Shown: one piece after another, positions 23,125 through 35,293 of the stretch | Numbering within the stretch: position 1 is the first letter of the stretch | Layout of the letters: the number at the start of each line of letters is the position of its first letter | Assembly (NCBI GenBank): GCA_013115145.1 | Contig: JAAPAO010000043.1 | Coordinates: 1 to 64,000 of the forward strand | From: Perkinsus chesapeaki ATCC PRA-425 | Taxonomy: Eukaryota; Protista; Perkinsozoa | DNA: 64,000 nt | Direction: 5' to 3' | Made by a program: the position numbers and the translations under genes | The notes under the pieces: model-generated | Told to the model about the DNA's origin: nothing | The model's database searches: none | What the model saw: the letters and a program-made list of their open reading frames with translations, nothing else

Positions 23125-24138
23125 GAAGCCCAACTTAATTTGTGCTATGCGAGCCACCTCAGGAAGGACCTTCATCAGCCCCACACCTGGGAGAACGTAG
23201 GTGCATGAATTAGACTGCAGATCGAACAGCCTATGTTGAATATTCTAATTTCATTTTTTGACATGCTATATTGCAACACACCAGATGGCCTCGAATACAC
23301 AAGTAGCTACCGCCTCTATGAATCGCCTAGCTTCTCGTTTCTCATCCAATCTTCCTTCTAGAAGGCCGCCGGCCGATCTGACTGCTCGAAGGGCCTCTGA
23401 CTTCCTGCAAGGGGAATCCCTCCTGTCCGCTCCCGGCATATCACCGGTATTCGTCGCCTTCATCCCGCATGGAGCAGCTCGTAGACTCTCTGCACGACTC
23501 TACACTGAAACGACGACGGCCTTTCTCATTGCCGCCAAGGGGAGATCTACTTCTCGGCACCTTCAGTGAGCCCCTGCCGGTCTTGTGGCTCGGGAGCCTG
23601 GCCATCCAGAGCTGGTAGCCTCCGAGGCCTCCGTCTCCGCTTGAGAACGTGGCTGGCGAACCCAACGGTGAGCTGAGCGTCCATTAAACGCATTCGTTCT
23701 CGAGAATTCGTACAGGCTTGTCAATAGAAGCAGACTTCCATTCCTTATGAGGTGCAGATGAAGTTGCCTGAAATTGACTTTCACTTCACTAAAATACCGC
23801 TACCGGGATTCGATCCCACGACCGCTTCATACCCTATATAGCGAACAAATTCTCTTACATTGGGACCAGCAGTATTGCATCTACATACTATCTCGTCTGT
23901 ATAGTTTTTGCGAGCGTCAACAAGCGTGTATAAGGCTTTCGATTTTCTGTTTTTCTAGGGAGCATATGGCTCCAGTGGAGCCCCTCCATGTCGGCGACCA
24001 GCATGAGACTTCAATCCAATGTTCTACTTCTCGGGCTTGCTTAACTCGCCGAAGCTCTTCCAGCAGAGATTCATTCTGGTCGATCAGATTTTTGGTCATC
24101 GCCGCGGAGATCTTCACCTCTCTCGGCCGAGACGCCAT
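23125..24138 (-). pseudogene. Decayed 5' coding region of duplicate copy 2
   Basis: Starts MASRPREVKISAA. The homologous frame switches several times, e.g. a 4-nt deletion between AFNGRSAHRWV and GDGGLGG. Confidence 0.5.
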
Positions 24139-24468
24139 CGCTGAGAATACTACAACAAGGCGCTACGTTACGTAGCCTACGTAAGAGGCGCAATTTCAGG
24201 CATGCGCGATGTTGCACGCAGACGACGAAAATTGCCCTCGGCGGAAATCGAACACAAGAATGACAATCGGCATCAGCGATATACAATCACATGGTTCGGT
24301 CCCTATGCAAAAGCTTGTAGCTCCTAAAGAACCGACAAAGCCACCTAACACGCTCAAATGGAATGCTTTATCAGAGACATCCTCACTGAAAGTCCGATTC
24401 CAACAGATTGTCGTCTCGATCGACGTCGAGCCAGTCAAACAGTGTATTCAGATCAGTCTTGGGTGGCA

Positions 24469-25266
24469 TTAGCCGCCACTTCTCACATATCTAACCAGGC
24501 AAGAGTGAGAAGGCCTCCACCAGGCCAACCTCGCCTGCTTAAAATGGTCTCGGGATATCCTTCTACCAGCAGCTGTCGTCTCGAATAGTCTGATCCATTT
24601 CTCAGTCTGTTCAGATTCTTTTGCCCTTGCCGAGGTCCGCGTCGTGTTGCTGAGTGCACCGCGGAAGATGATAAGCCCCTCGCTGGGCCGCAAAGTTGTC
24701 CCCTCTGAGTCATTGTCCAGTAACACTTGAAAAGTGATGCAGCCAGTCGGATGTATGCGACCATGGTCGGCGGATCCCTCGATGCCTTGGGCCTCCAGAA
24801 ATGCTCGGGAGTAGTCTCCGATGAACCCAGCCTCCTTGCATGCCTCAACAAAATTATCGAAGTTGATCTGTCCGTTTCTGCATCGCGGATCGAAGTAAAG
24901 GCGCCAAGCTCGCACCACATTGCCAACCTTTCGTCGCACGAAACGGACGAGCTTGGCATGCTCGCCAGCCTGCCGTCTCTCCTGGTGGCTCGACACAGAC
25001 GTTCTACGACTCCGCGATGCCATCGGAACAGAAGGTCGTCTCGACGGAGAGACTGACCGGTAGTAATCCGGATGGGAGAATGCGAACTCAGCAAGCTCTG
25101 GCTGAGTGAGCTGATCGAGCATGAGTTCGAAGCATCGTTCGTTAGACGCCATTGCGGCCACAGCCGTGCATTTAACCATGAAAGGTCGGACGAGTTCAGG
25201 TATTCCGGGGGTGCTCAGAAGAAAGATTATACCATCTCTGTGGCCTTCTCGACATCCAACTTCCAA
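24469..25266 (-). CDS. EF-hand-like protein
   Basis: GNVVRAWRLYFDPRCRNGQINFDNFVEACKEAGFIGD resembles a degenerate EF-hand helix-loop-helix. Confidence 0.55.
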   Translation of the reverse strand: MEVGCREGHRDGIIFLLSTPGIPELVRPFMVKCTAVAAMASNERCFELMLDQLTQPELAEFAFSHPDYYRSVSPSRRPSVPMASRSRRTSVSSHQERRQAGEHAKLVRFVRRKVGNVVRAWRLYFDPRCRNGQINFDNFVEACKEAGFIGDYSRAFLEAQGIEGSADHGRIHPTGCITFQVLLDNDSEGTTLRPSEGLIIFRGALSNTTRTSARAKESEQTEKWIRLFETTAAGRRISRDHFKQARLAWWRPSHSCLVRYVRSGG

Positions 25267-25300
25267 GGCATATCTTTAGGTTCACTTCCAGTACTCATAT

Positions 25301-25316
25301 TGCGCATGCGTGCAAA
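25301..25316. promoter_or_regulatory. Candidate regulatory motif TGCGCATGCGTGCAAA (copy 2)
   Basis: Exact match to 95-110; lies about 35 bp upstream of the minus-strand ORF starting at 25266. Confidence 0.3.
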
Positions 25317-25546
25317 GCTCACCCGTAATCATCAGGACTAGCAAGTCCATCTTCTATCATTGTAATCATCTCCACTTCCCTAGCATGCATCACACTAGGG
25401 CCGCATCGAGCGGCAGAGCGTATCCAGTGGACCTGGACAGCGGCGTCATCTACGAGCAGCCAGCCGTTCGAGCGATAAAATGACATCGAACCTGGATGAG
25501 CAGTTGAAAGGTTGCAGAAAAGCCACAGAGAGGGATATGTGTATCG

Positions 25547-27105
25547 TCAATATTCGTTAGCGTATGTGTCTGCTAGCATCTCCTTGTGAGCGAGGACTCC
25601 CTCAACAAATCTCGAGACTCACAGTCGAATTCTCACTAGCTTAGCTCTGATATTGTCCGGAGCTTCATTAGGATGCCCACCGGCGAAAATCCGCGCCGTC
25701 AACTTAGACCGTCTCGATCTGTCCCTCGCTTCCTTCTCATCTGTTTCTCTCGCCTTGAACACCACACTAAGCCGTCTCTTCATATGAGCCGCCCACCTCC
25801 CGCTCCCGAGCCAGTTTTTGCGCATCCAGTCGCCTTGCTCGCATCCCGTTCATGGCAGCTTGTAACCGCCAGCTCCGAATGCGACCCTTCCAAAATCGCT
25901 GGATCAGCACCGCGGCTCTATCACGATCCTCCTGAGTGTAGAGCTTGGCGAAGTCGTTCCGCGGCCCTGAAGACTCGTCGCTCGAGAGCAGATGTGACAG
26001 TTCGACGGAACCTCCAGTGAGCTGTCCACGGGCCAGGTACTCCCGACGCGCATCATGTGATTCCGTACCGCGTTTCGTCCACTTCTTCACATCACTTTGG
26101 TACCCGCTGTCATCGTAAGGGCGTCCCGGGCGGGAGCTCTGCCATGTATAGCTGTAAAACTTTACCGCATTCATCCCTTGTTGCCCACCCTCAACCAGGC
26201 TTGAATTCTGCGTGCATTTTTCTTGGCGTTTGCGGCGTCCTCAGACCTCGCACGCAGGGCCGCAGCGCGATGTTCTCGAAACGAGTTTTCTGATAGCTGT
26301 CGGTACGAGGGACCCTCCAGAGTCTTACTCCTCTCCAACTGCTGAGCCTTCTTAGCGAGGAATTTCGATCGGTTGTCTGCCCAGGCGTCCAAGTCCCTGG
26401 CGGCCTCATGGGTCAGAGTAGATGAGACCCTCTCCTCGATCCTGATAATGCACTGTCGCTAGTGTTACCCATTCAGCAGTTCGACTTAAGGATGCTAGTA
26501 ATGTCGGTGGAGCCATTATAAAGCTCATAAGCGGTCGGTTTTGGCGATAAATCTTGTCAATTTTCTCAGGGTTCTGGGATACCCAGAGCATCATCATTGT
26601 TGGAATATCTACCAGACTTCAGCCCTAAGCTGCGCCTCTACATTTCCTCACCGAATTGCCATGTAAAAACACTCTCTTCAATGCTGACAAATGCAGAAAT
26701 TTATGGAAGATCCACGTCGGAATATGTAGACGAGCACATTCACATATTGTGATGCTGGGTTTTCTGATACTATGCGGCTCACAACTCCCGAGCGTCGGCC
26801 GGCATTTCGGCGATGTCTTTCTGAATCTGTCCTCTGACAAGTGACGTCATCGAGCTGCTTAGGAGAAGTTCCGACGATTCGTCGCCTGCAAACTGTAATA
26901 GTCCCGCCTTCGATGATGTAATCGAGCACTGACCGTATTTACTGCTCCGATATGTGAGTGACCGTCCCTGCTTAATCTCAGAATCGGTATCATAGAGCAT
27001 CCTCAACATCGTAAGTCTACCCCAGTTAGCTGTTTTATATCCTATATTTAGCTTCATTGTCTTCTGGCACCTGCCGACTAAGCCTTGTGATGAGCTCGAG
27101 GGCAT
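25547..27105 (-). CDS. Multi-exon protein with IQ-like calmodulin-binding motifs
   Basis: AAVLIQRFWKGRIRSWR and NARRIQAWLR occur in same-strand ORFs 25767-26174 and 26171-26392. Ends approximate. Confidence 0.5.
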
Positions 27106-27242
27106 CCGGAATCGTGTAGTGCTCGAGTAAACGGTTCTTTTGCGACTACCTATGTTTGACTACGAATTTATTTACCATTCTAAATTTCATTGTCATGCTA
27201 ATAACAGTCGACTAAGAAGCTGCGTTGCTCACTACACCCGGA

Positions 27243-28129
27243 CTACTGCGGGAGCGGAATCTCGCTTATTTCCGTAACCGCTGTCCCCACAAAGACAGAC
27301 CTGAGGAATCGTCTCTCGGTGGCTTCATCCCATTGGAATTGGCATGTTTTGCTGCTCGCTGATTTTGGTCGTTCTCCCGACTCTGTTTTGGCTGCCACTT
27401 TCTCCAAGCACCGCTCTGCCGGAGCTCTCCTTCGCTCCTTTGCCCGCCTCGCCGGCGGAATAAAATCCTTCATCACCTCAGCGACATATTGCGTCTTCAG
27501 CAGCCGATTCAGGTGCGAAGTCGCCGCGTACTTCTTAGTCTGAAGCCGAACGTTCTCGGAGCCAAAGATTCCCACCAGACCTACCACGCCATCTGCATTC
27601 CTCATCACCCGTTTAGGCAGGTCGGGTATGGTTAACCGTGGGACGCCCTCCTCGATGTCAGCTTTCTTGGCTTCGTACCTACCTAGGCCTGCTCGCAATG
27701 CGACGCTCTGGCATGCTTTGGGCGGAGGTCTATGGGCTTTCAGTGGGAACCCACTTTGGCGTCACCTTTGGTCCATTTTAATCCGCTCCTCCTGTATTCC
27801 CCTAATACGATTATCCCATTTCTGTTGATATTTCTCAAGTGCCCGGCAGTTTCGTCGAAATTTTCGTGCCAGATTTGACGTTTCCGAGGTCGGTCGTGTG
27901 AGATACGTAAGAACGTCTCGCTCGTTGTCAGCAGTGCGGCTGCTCCTAAATCGATAAGATTCGCCCACCAATTAGGTGTTATTTTCTTGACCGCCCAGTA
28001 GGTCTGAGGACCCCTGAGGCCCACAGCAAAGCACTGCAGCTGTGCCCCTAACCTAGCTGATTTTCTCCGATCCCAAAAGACAAGAAAGACACAGCGAGCG
28101 GCATCGAATGCAATCCGAGACTCGCGCAA
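27243..28129 (-). CDS. Hypothetical helical/coiled-coil protein
   Basis: Same-strand ORFs 27243-27698 and 27762-27971 with charged helical composition. No family recognised. Confidence 0.35.
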
Positions 28130-28739
28130 TTACTAATGACGAAGTGTTACTAAATTAAGCTTACGAGGTCGACACCGGCGCGAGTTGCCGGCATTTAAGC
28201 TACAATCTCAAGCTGCAAATACAAACCGCCGATGAAGTCCGCAAGGTATCACGGCTACTGATAGTAGCCCAGTAATACTGGGCCAGTATGACTCCACCGT
28301 TTCATCTTACATCAGCTTCGATGGCTCGTCTTTACCAAACTCTTCCTCTAGCGATCCCAGAGAGCTGTTTGAGCTCGACGAAGCTAATGAGCCTCATGTA
28401 CACTGTACAACAGAGACTATTAGTCTACCCAGTTTTTTCGCCATGGACTTCGACAACGCAGCAGTGACGACTTCCGGGCTAGGAAGCTCCGGCCTGTAGA
28501 GTAAATCGTCAGCCACTCCTCCCATATGAACTCTATGCGCCAAATTAACTGCTAAACCCAGCGAGCCTTGCAGAACCCAGTGTCGGGCTTCATCAGACCA
28601 TCTTAGATGGCTTCACTAAACGGGGCTAAGGGGATATTAAGGCTATGGCACCCTCTTCTCAGGACTTCACGACAAAATTGCCTAAACTGCGAAACTCGAA
28701 TCGTGCTCAGAGTACGACTGTCATAATCAGGCACCACTG

Positions 28740-29350
28740 CAGCACATGATAACGACAATCTTCGGGGAATCAGACAAGGAAGAGATAATCGAACTAATCA
28801 AAGATAATAGTAGCATTAAAGAGCGGCGGTGGTGATGCCATCATCACTAACAATATCAAGTACACACACACTAAATAATCATTAGCATCATCTTTACCAG
28901 ACTTCTAGATATACTACAATCCATAATGATGATAGAGCAGCAGCACCAGACTTAACAATGACAACCTAATATAAATACAAAAGAAGGAATAATGCTGATA
29001 CGGATTCCCGAGGGTTGGCATTGATAACAGTAGTAACGCAGCGGCGGCAGCGAATCGGCAAATTCAATATTATTATCATCATCTGGTCATGACAGCGTCC
29101 TTGCAGCAGCATGCTACTTAAAGCCTACAGCAAACGAGTACCATGGCAGCAGCCATCACCAAAACAACTTCAAATACTACTTTCACTATCCCCACAAAAG
29201 TGCACTGCAGTACTGCAAAAAAGGTATAATAGTAGAATAGGTGTTGTTGGTTATTCAACGTCACCACCACTGACAACAACATTACCGTTGATGATGAAAT
29301 CAGTAGTAAACCATCGTGCTACCATCATAATAGTATGAGGCAACAAAAAG
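28740..29350. repeat. Low-complexity A/C-rich tract with degenerate CAG/ATC/AAT triplets (probable 3' UTR of the minus-strand gene at 29366)
   Basis: Visible runs such as cagcagcacc, atcatc, aataat and gcagcggcggcagc; no convincing ORF. Confidence 0.5.
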
Positions 29351-29365
29351 AGGTGTACGTAGTAA

Positions 29366-29884
29366 TTAAGCCGTAGTTCCCGTCTTGATAGGGAGTCGAT
29401 TAGGCAGGACGACCGAGGGCGCCGTATTGCTCCTGACGGGCCCTCGTCTCAATACCACCGACTGAGAGGAACTGTCTTCGCTTCTAGAGATGCAACCCGG
29501 AGCAAGAGTTTGGACCTCAAACCGACCCACTTGTTTACGTGGCATAACTTGTGCTTGCTCGGGGAAGCAGTCACATAGGAAACGACCAACTCGACGGACT
29601 CTCAGGGGCTCAATGGCCACCGAAGTTGATGCTGAACTGGAGCTACTCACGTAACCACATTCAGCAGTAGTACTTGAACTCGCACAAGACTTAACCGACG
29701 CATCACCACAATTCAGACTCCCACTCCTTGAAGGAATATCACCACCGCAACATTCGCGATAGGAAACTTTAGTATGATAGGTCTGAGACGCCACACCTTC
29801 CGAGTCAACCTCGGCTTCCTCGATGAGGAATCGACCGCGCCTTTGAACGCCGCCAATACGGAGCGGGACCGATTCGGCCATCAC
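29366..29884 (-). CDS. Intronless Ser-rich protein with three GRFx[V/I/C] motifs
   Basis: 172-aa ORF containing RRGRFLIE, RRVGRFLCD and KQVGRFEVQ. Confidence 0.55.
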   Translation of the reverse strand: MMAESVPLRIGGVQRRGRFLIEEAEVDSEGVASQTYHTKVSYRECCGGDIPSRSGSLNCGDASVKSCASSSTTAECGYVSSSSSASTSVAIEPLRVRRVGRFLCDCFPEQAQVMPRKQVGRFEVQTLAPGCISRSEDSSSQSVVLRRGPVRSNTAPSVVLPNRLPIKTGTTA

Positions 29885-31704
29885 TGGAGACCACCGGAGG
29901 AAGACCCCGAAAGAAAGAAATCCAACAACACCTAAAATACGAATGATCCGCCGCTTAGCCCCCTCCTACATCCATTCAACTACTAACTATAATGGCTCAA
30001 CAGCGCGAGCGACCGGCAAGAAGACTGCTGCGCGATCGCCCCGCTGTGATCGTTTTCCGCGAAAACAATTTAGCGCTCGCCCTAAAACATGAAACGGCGC
30101 TCGTTGCGCTGCCGAATCTTTTGTCAATTAAATTGGCATTTCACTGGGCACTCTCAAGCACTTTGAGAGAAGTATGCACTCTTCTACCGACATGTGGACC
30201 AGAGTACTTGAATCACCCGAATCACAGTGGAAGTTGTTCAAAAAAAGCTCGGTGTGACCCCTTGTCGCAACGCAACAGACATTCAGCAGAAGAAGCTCCC
30301 ATTGGAGGAACAGTTCCCCGTCGCCATTACACCACACAATAATGCGGTCACGGACATGCCATCACTCCTTAGTGGGAGACGAGTCACCTTATCCGTCAGC
30401 TCGTGTACTCGTGCCAGGGAGGGCTGTGCGATGTGCTACAACAGGCCTGACGTAATGCACACAGGCAGTCACGCTTACCGCCAGACCGTGGTGGGCTTCG
30501 ATGAGGCTCCGAACTTGATTGCCGCCGAATAGCTTCAACCAGGGGTTCGCGGCGTAGTGTGTAGCTTCGTCTAGGCCCTCGAAATCCTAACAGATCAAGG
30601 AACTAATGATCCAGCCAAGTCATTCAAGCTAGCTTGTTATCCACCCGACTCGAAGAAAGACGCAACTAGACGCGATCGCGGACCTGCCCAAGATCAAGCG
30701 CCTCCTTGATCGCTCTGTTAAGCGGATTTATCGTAGCATCGAGTTCGCTCTGTGCTTTCGAGAGTAACCCGGTCATCTCGTGCGCTCTAGTATGCATCGC
30801 ATCATGCATTTTGCCCTCGAAAGAAGCTACGTACCTAATTCCAACATGACTTGAATTTTCCTCGCCACAAGTTCATTTCTAATCCCCAACCGACGGCCCC
30901 AAGTCTGCACGAGTATTCCCAAACCGCTGTCGAAAATGTTGCTCCAAGAACTCTCAAAATTTCTGTTATCTTGCAGCCCCGGTCGTCTGCTACGAGAATC
31001 TTCCCTTATCGGTGAGCTTGCCTCTTTATCGGTTTCAGCAAGTGTGAATCTTTTGGATGCATTGAGCTCCATTCCCTCAAGACGTTAGGAAGCCTCTGCG
31101 CCCCCTTGACATGTGCCGGCGGGTGATGATGATGATGATGAGGCGACTCATGCGTTGAGTGGTGATGAAGCACCACCATTAAAGACTATCGGGGCATCAA
31201 TTAAAGTCCGCACCAGCCTAACCGCAAAGGGAGACCGCGATCCAAACCAAATCCATTTGTTTGGAAAACGCACGCACGATGCGACGCACGCGCACCACCT
31301 CCGGGCGAGCGCTTTTTCAAACGAGCACTTTCGTGGAGGGATTTCGGTTGCGGGTGTCTCCTCTAATTGATGCCCTATCGGTAAAAGATTCTGTTGTCAA
31401 TTTACAGATCGAAGCACTTCCGCTTCCGATCTGATCGCTCGTGTCCCATGTTGAATTTGTAATCCAGTTGTACGTTGGGGTCGTTCAATGGGCCAACTCG
31501 CACGGTCGATCCTAGGATTCGCTTTAAGGCGTCCTCACTGAACGCAGTAAGCAATCCTGAGCCTTTCTTTCACTCAGCAGAAACGTCGAAATTCAGCCCT
31601 CAGGCCGAGTACGCTTTTCGCTTGAAACTATTCGCTTTCCCCTACCACCCTTTGGAGCATAGGCAGTCCCTTTGTATAGTAGTTTCGATCCTTGGTCGTG
31701 GGCC

Positions 31705-33538
31705 ATGTCCCGCTTCGTTCCGACAGTCTACGCCGAGGCCACGACTTGGACCAGAGACTCCCACGATCTCTTCGACTACGAAAGCCAACATGTCGTTCGT
31801 ACAGAATTTGCTCTCAACCGAACAGTCAGGTTCGTTCGGAGAAATGGTAAGCCCAATTGGCTCGACCAGCTTGAGCTATGGTTCCCTGTCAGCTGACGTT
31901 AGAATGGAGGATGCTTCGATCGATGCGCTGCCCTCGCGAGAAGAGTCTGATTATCTGATGAAGTGTATTAATTTCGATACCAGGTGCGGCCTCCTTGCTC
32001 CTGTATTAAATCACGTTTCTCTCCAGATACATGCTCCAACCAGCCGACAAGCAGGCCGACGCGTGCCGCCTTATCCCAAAGAAATTGTGGCTCGTGATTA
32101 GGGAGGTTTGTGCCCTTCGCCCTGTTGGGAGGACTTACTGTATTCAGCTCGGCCCACATACTCTCACAGAAGGTGACATCATAAAACTCGGCCGTTTCAA
32201 GTTGCGAGTTCGACAGCTCTGTGCAGAATCGGAGGATCAGCTGGTCAGCATCTCAATTAGGGAAACTGAAAATTCCAAAATATCGCCGCAGATTCGCCCG
32301 GATCTCAGCGGCTCGGAGTGCGCGACTTCGGTGGCCCGTTGTGCTCCTCCAGAGGCAGATGGCATGCCTTGCAGAATTTGCCTTCTTGAGGTAAGCACTG
32401 CTCCATGCCGTCCATTGGCGATTTCCTATCCTGCAGGCTTCGGGGTCGGACGAGGAGGACCCGCTCATTGAAGCTTGTGCTTGTCGGGGGAGCATTCGTT
32501 ACGTTCATCTCGGCTGTCTGCGACATTGGATCCAGGGAAGGCTGTGTCTAGGCGGCAATGAGGGACACAACAGTCCTCACACGTGAGCTTTCATTTACAT
32601 CACAGTGCAACATGTCCCTTTTCAAGGTACCTGTTCCGTCAGCTCACCTGTGAGTTATGCCGCACAAGCTACCCAATGAACATTGTCTTCTCGGATGGAA
32701 GCATGTCACAGTTGGTAAGACCGTTCCATTGTCGACTCGTCTCGTATAACTCCTCCAGGTCCCTATGCCGGAGACCAAGGCGCCCTATCTAGTGTTGGAG
32801 AATATGATGAGGATTGATCCTGCTGCCGAAGGTGCTATCCCTTCAGCCTGTCAGAAGCCTTCAACCCCTCCGTGTGTCAGGCGGCGAAGGGCAGTCGTCG
32901 ATACACTCGAGAGGCGTTTATGTGATATCACTGGCCGGCAAGAAGGCGCTCAAGCTTGGCCGTGGTCATGAGAGCGACGTTAGGATAGCCGACGTAATGC
33001 GGTTAGTCCATCACGAGTAGTGTCGATTGTGCGATAGGTGTCGATATCTCGCTGGCATGCAACAGTCTCGTTCGCAGAAGACGGACGATTCATTCTGGAA
33101 GATCATAATTCTAAGTTTGGAACATTAGTAGCGATGAGGCGTCCAAAGCTTATCGATGCCTCAACTGGTAATACTGGCGGGAATTTTCACGGGAGTTTAC
33201 GCTCAATCCATCTCGCACATTCTCGCATCGCACGCTGCCACTAAAAAGTGCCACTCCACATGTGTTCCCACCCCGGCTTTGGAAGTCTCACGATACTTCG
33301 CTCAGGCGATGATGAGACTGACGCTGGTGGCCCAGTATTAACAGTGCAAGCAGGAAGGACGGTCTTCAGGCTTAGTACGAGACAGCCAAGGTTGGTTCCC
33401 CGGCTCTGAGTTTACGTGCATGGTATTCCCACGAGCAGGTATGAGGCTGTAGAGGATGCTGGGATGGAGGCCGTCAGAAATTTAATTCTTGGACAGGGAG
33501 AAGCTGGGAGAGTATTTGACGACCAGCAAGCGTTGTGA
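31705..33538 (+). CDS. FHA + RING-variant (RING-CH) + FHA protein, probable E3 ligase
   Basis: N-terminal TWTRDSHDLFDYE; LTEGDIIKLGRFKLRV; CRICL..PLIEACACRGSIRYVHLGCLRHW..CELC; LKLGRGHESDVRIADVSISRWHA..LEDHNSKFGTLV; VQAGRT. Confidence 0.85.
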
Positions 33539-33683
33539 TGATGAAGATATGGAGAAACAGCGGTTCATTTCTGTTGCTCTACGTTCCGCTATGTTAGCTG
33601 TCTTTCTTCATTCATTTACTACACAACCATCCGCTCCTTGGTTCGGCTGAGCTCACATCATCACTCTCGTCCCGATTACCCCA

Positions 33684-34703
33684 ATGTATACTTGTACCCT
33701 CGATCGGCTAGCATTTCGAGGCTCCAACTCGTGTGACGTGTTCGATTATTACCTTTATCTCGCCATCTGGCGGGGACCTTATTTTTGTCATACAATCACA
33801 CTTTGCGTTGAATTCCCGGTGAGATCGTTCCTGCAGCCAGCCTTGTTGGAGTTTTCTATTTATGATCGGCGGGAAGTGCCTCGGATTTCTAACATACCGA
33901 TCTGCCTTCATTGCATCTCTGGTACTTGCCATGATGTACTGCGGTGGTCACATGGCTCTTGTGTACTACTTGTACAACGATATGGTGAGTTTGGCGCTCC
34001 ATTCGCTTGAATCATGCTTTTATAGGGCTACCTCGATTGGTATAGGCAATGGCTCATACGGCCGATAACCTATTTTGCATGGCTCTGTATGGTGTTAGAC
34101 TTCACACTGGCTTTACTGGTCTTATCCCTCAATGGCAACATACGATGTTATCTTTTATCAGCTTGGCTGGGAGTGGTGGCAGTGGCTATCGTTGTGTAGG
34201 ACAGCTACCTTCTAAGTAGCTCACCTTTATTGCGCAGGTGGCTTGGATACACAGCGTACGTCTGCCAGCAACTGAAGGTGAATGCGTTCATGTTGATGCC
34301 TGGGGTAAGCGCCTTAGCTGGGCACCTCGTTGTTCTACCTGTTTCGTCAGACGCAACTCATGAAAGCTGCGGCTCAGTCGGAGGGCCATAAAACCGCCAA
34401 GATGGTCGGCTCGACAGTTGCAGCGATGATGGTTAACCCGGGCTCCATCGAGCACGTTTACTATATGCTTCCATCTCCAGTCAACTTATGTTTCTGGTGG
34501 GGGATCCAGTTGTAAGTGTTATCCGCCAGATAGCTCCATGAATCGGTTCTCGTGGCAGGCATTATCCAGCCCTGGTCTTCGGACTCGGATCATTTAGTAT
34601 ATTTATACTCCAGCTTGCAGCAGGCATCGCATTGCAGCCCGTACTGAAGGCCGGGGGTAACGGATCAGAGGGAGTTACCGCGGACAAAATTCAGTTGTGG
34701 TAG
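33684..34703 (+). CDS. Multi-pass membrane protein of unknown family
   Basis: Spliced hydrophobic segments: SAFIASLVLAMMYCGGHMALVYYLY; ITYFAWLCMVLDFTLALLVLSL; YLLSAWLGVVAVAIV|VAWI; ALVFGLGSFSIFILQLAAGIAL. Confidence 0.45.
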
Positions 34704-35293
34704 ACCGCCTTAGATCCGAGGCTTTCGTATCCTTGTGGGAAGGTACGCTCTGGCGCCTAAGAATCGACGGATTTTATACCAGAAGGAGTTGGCTGACATC
34801 GACTTATCTGAAATTGATCGTCTGATGGGAGTGTCCGATTCGGATATCGAGGGCGGCGGGGACGAGGATCTGGCGGCGCCGTCGACGCAGGCGTGAAACT
34901 TACAATATAATATCATCTCATGCTCTCACCATTCATTCACCACTGGTAAATTACCAGTTAAATAATGTTGTTCAGGAAGTGATTTATATATCACTGTGCA
35001 CGGTGTTGAGTTACAGTAGCGTCGGCTCGGGTACTACCAAGGACGGTCCTTGAAGGAGCCTGTAAGGAGAAATAGTGTACTGTCTGTAATGTCAAGGCTT
35101 AACTAGCTCAATTGGTCGGATTGACTACTGGTTAGTACCACTAACCACTTCAACCCAATCGGTACGAAGGCCTGACATTTAACTAACTATGAGCCTCTAC
35201 AAAAGAGTTGGCATCGATAGTTGTACTTTTCGTCGCAGCGAACGATAGGATTGTTAGAAGAAAGACTGATTGCTGGGATGGTATTGGTGACAA

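Larger units (their letters stand above)
22628..24345. repeat. Segmental duplication, copy 2
   Basis: Aligns to 16746-18500. Confidence 0.9.

Noticed and set aside
16746-23130. LTR retrotransposon (500-bp direct repeats 5.9 kb apart enclosing an aspartic protease)
   Set aside because: The repeats are spliced coding exons, and homology continues about 1.2 kb beyond them. There are no TG..CA ends, RT or integrase, and the protease is a two-lobed A1 enzyme rather than retropepsin.
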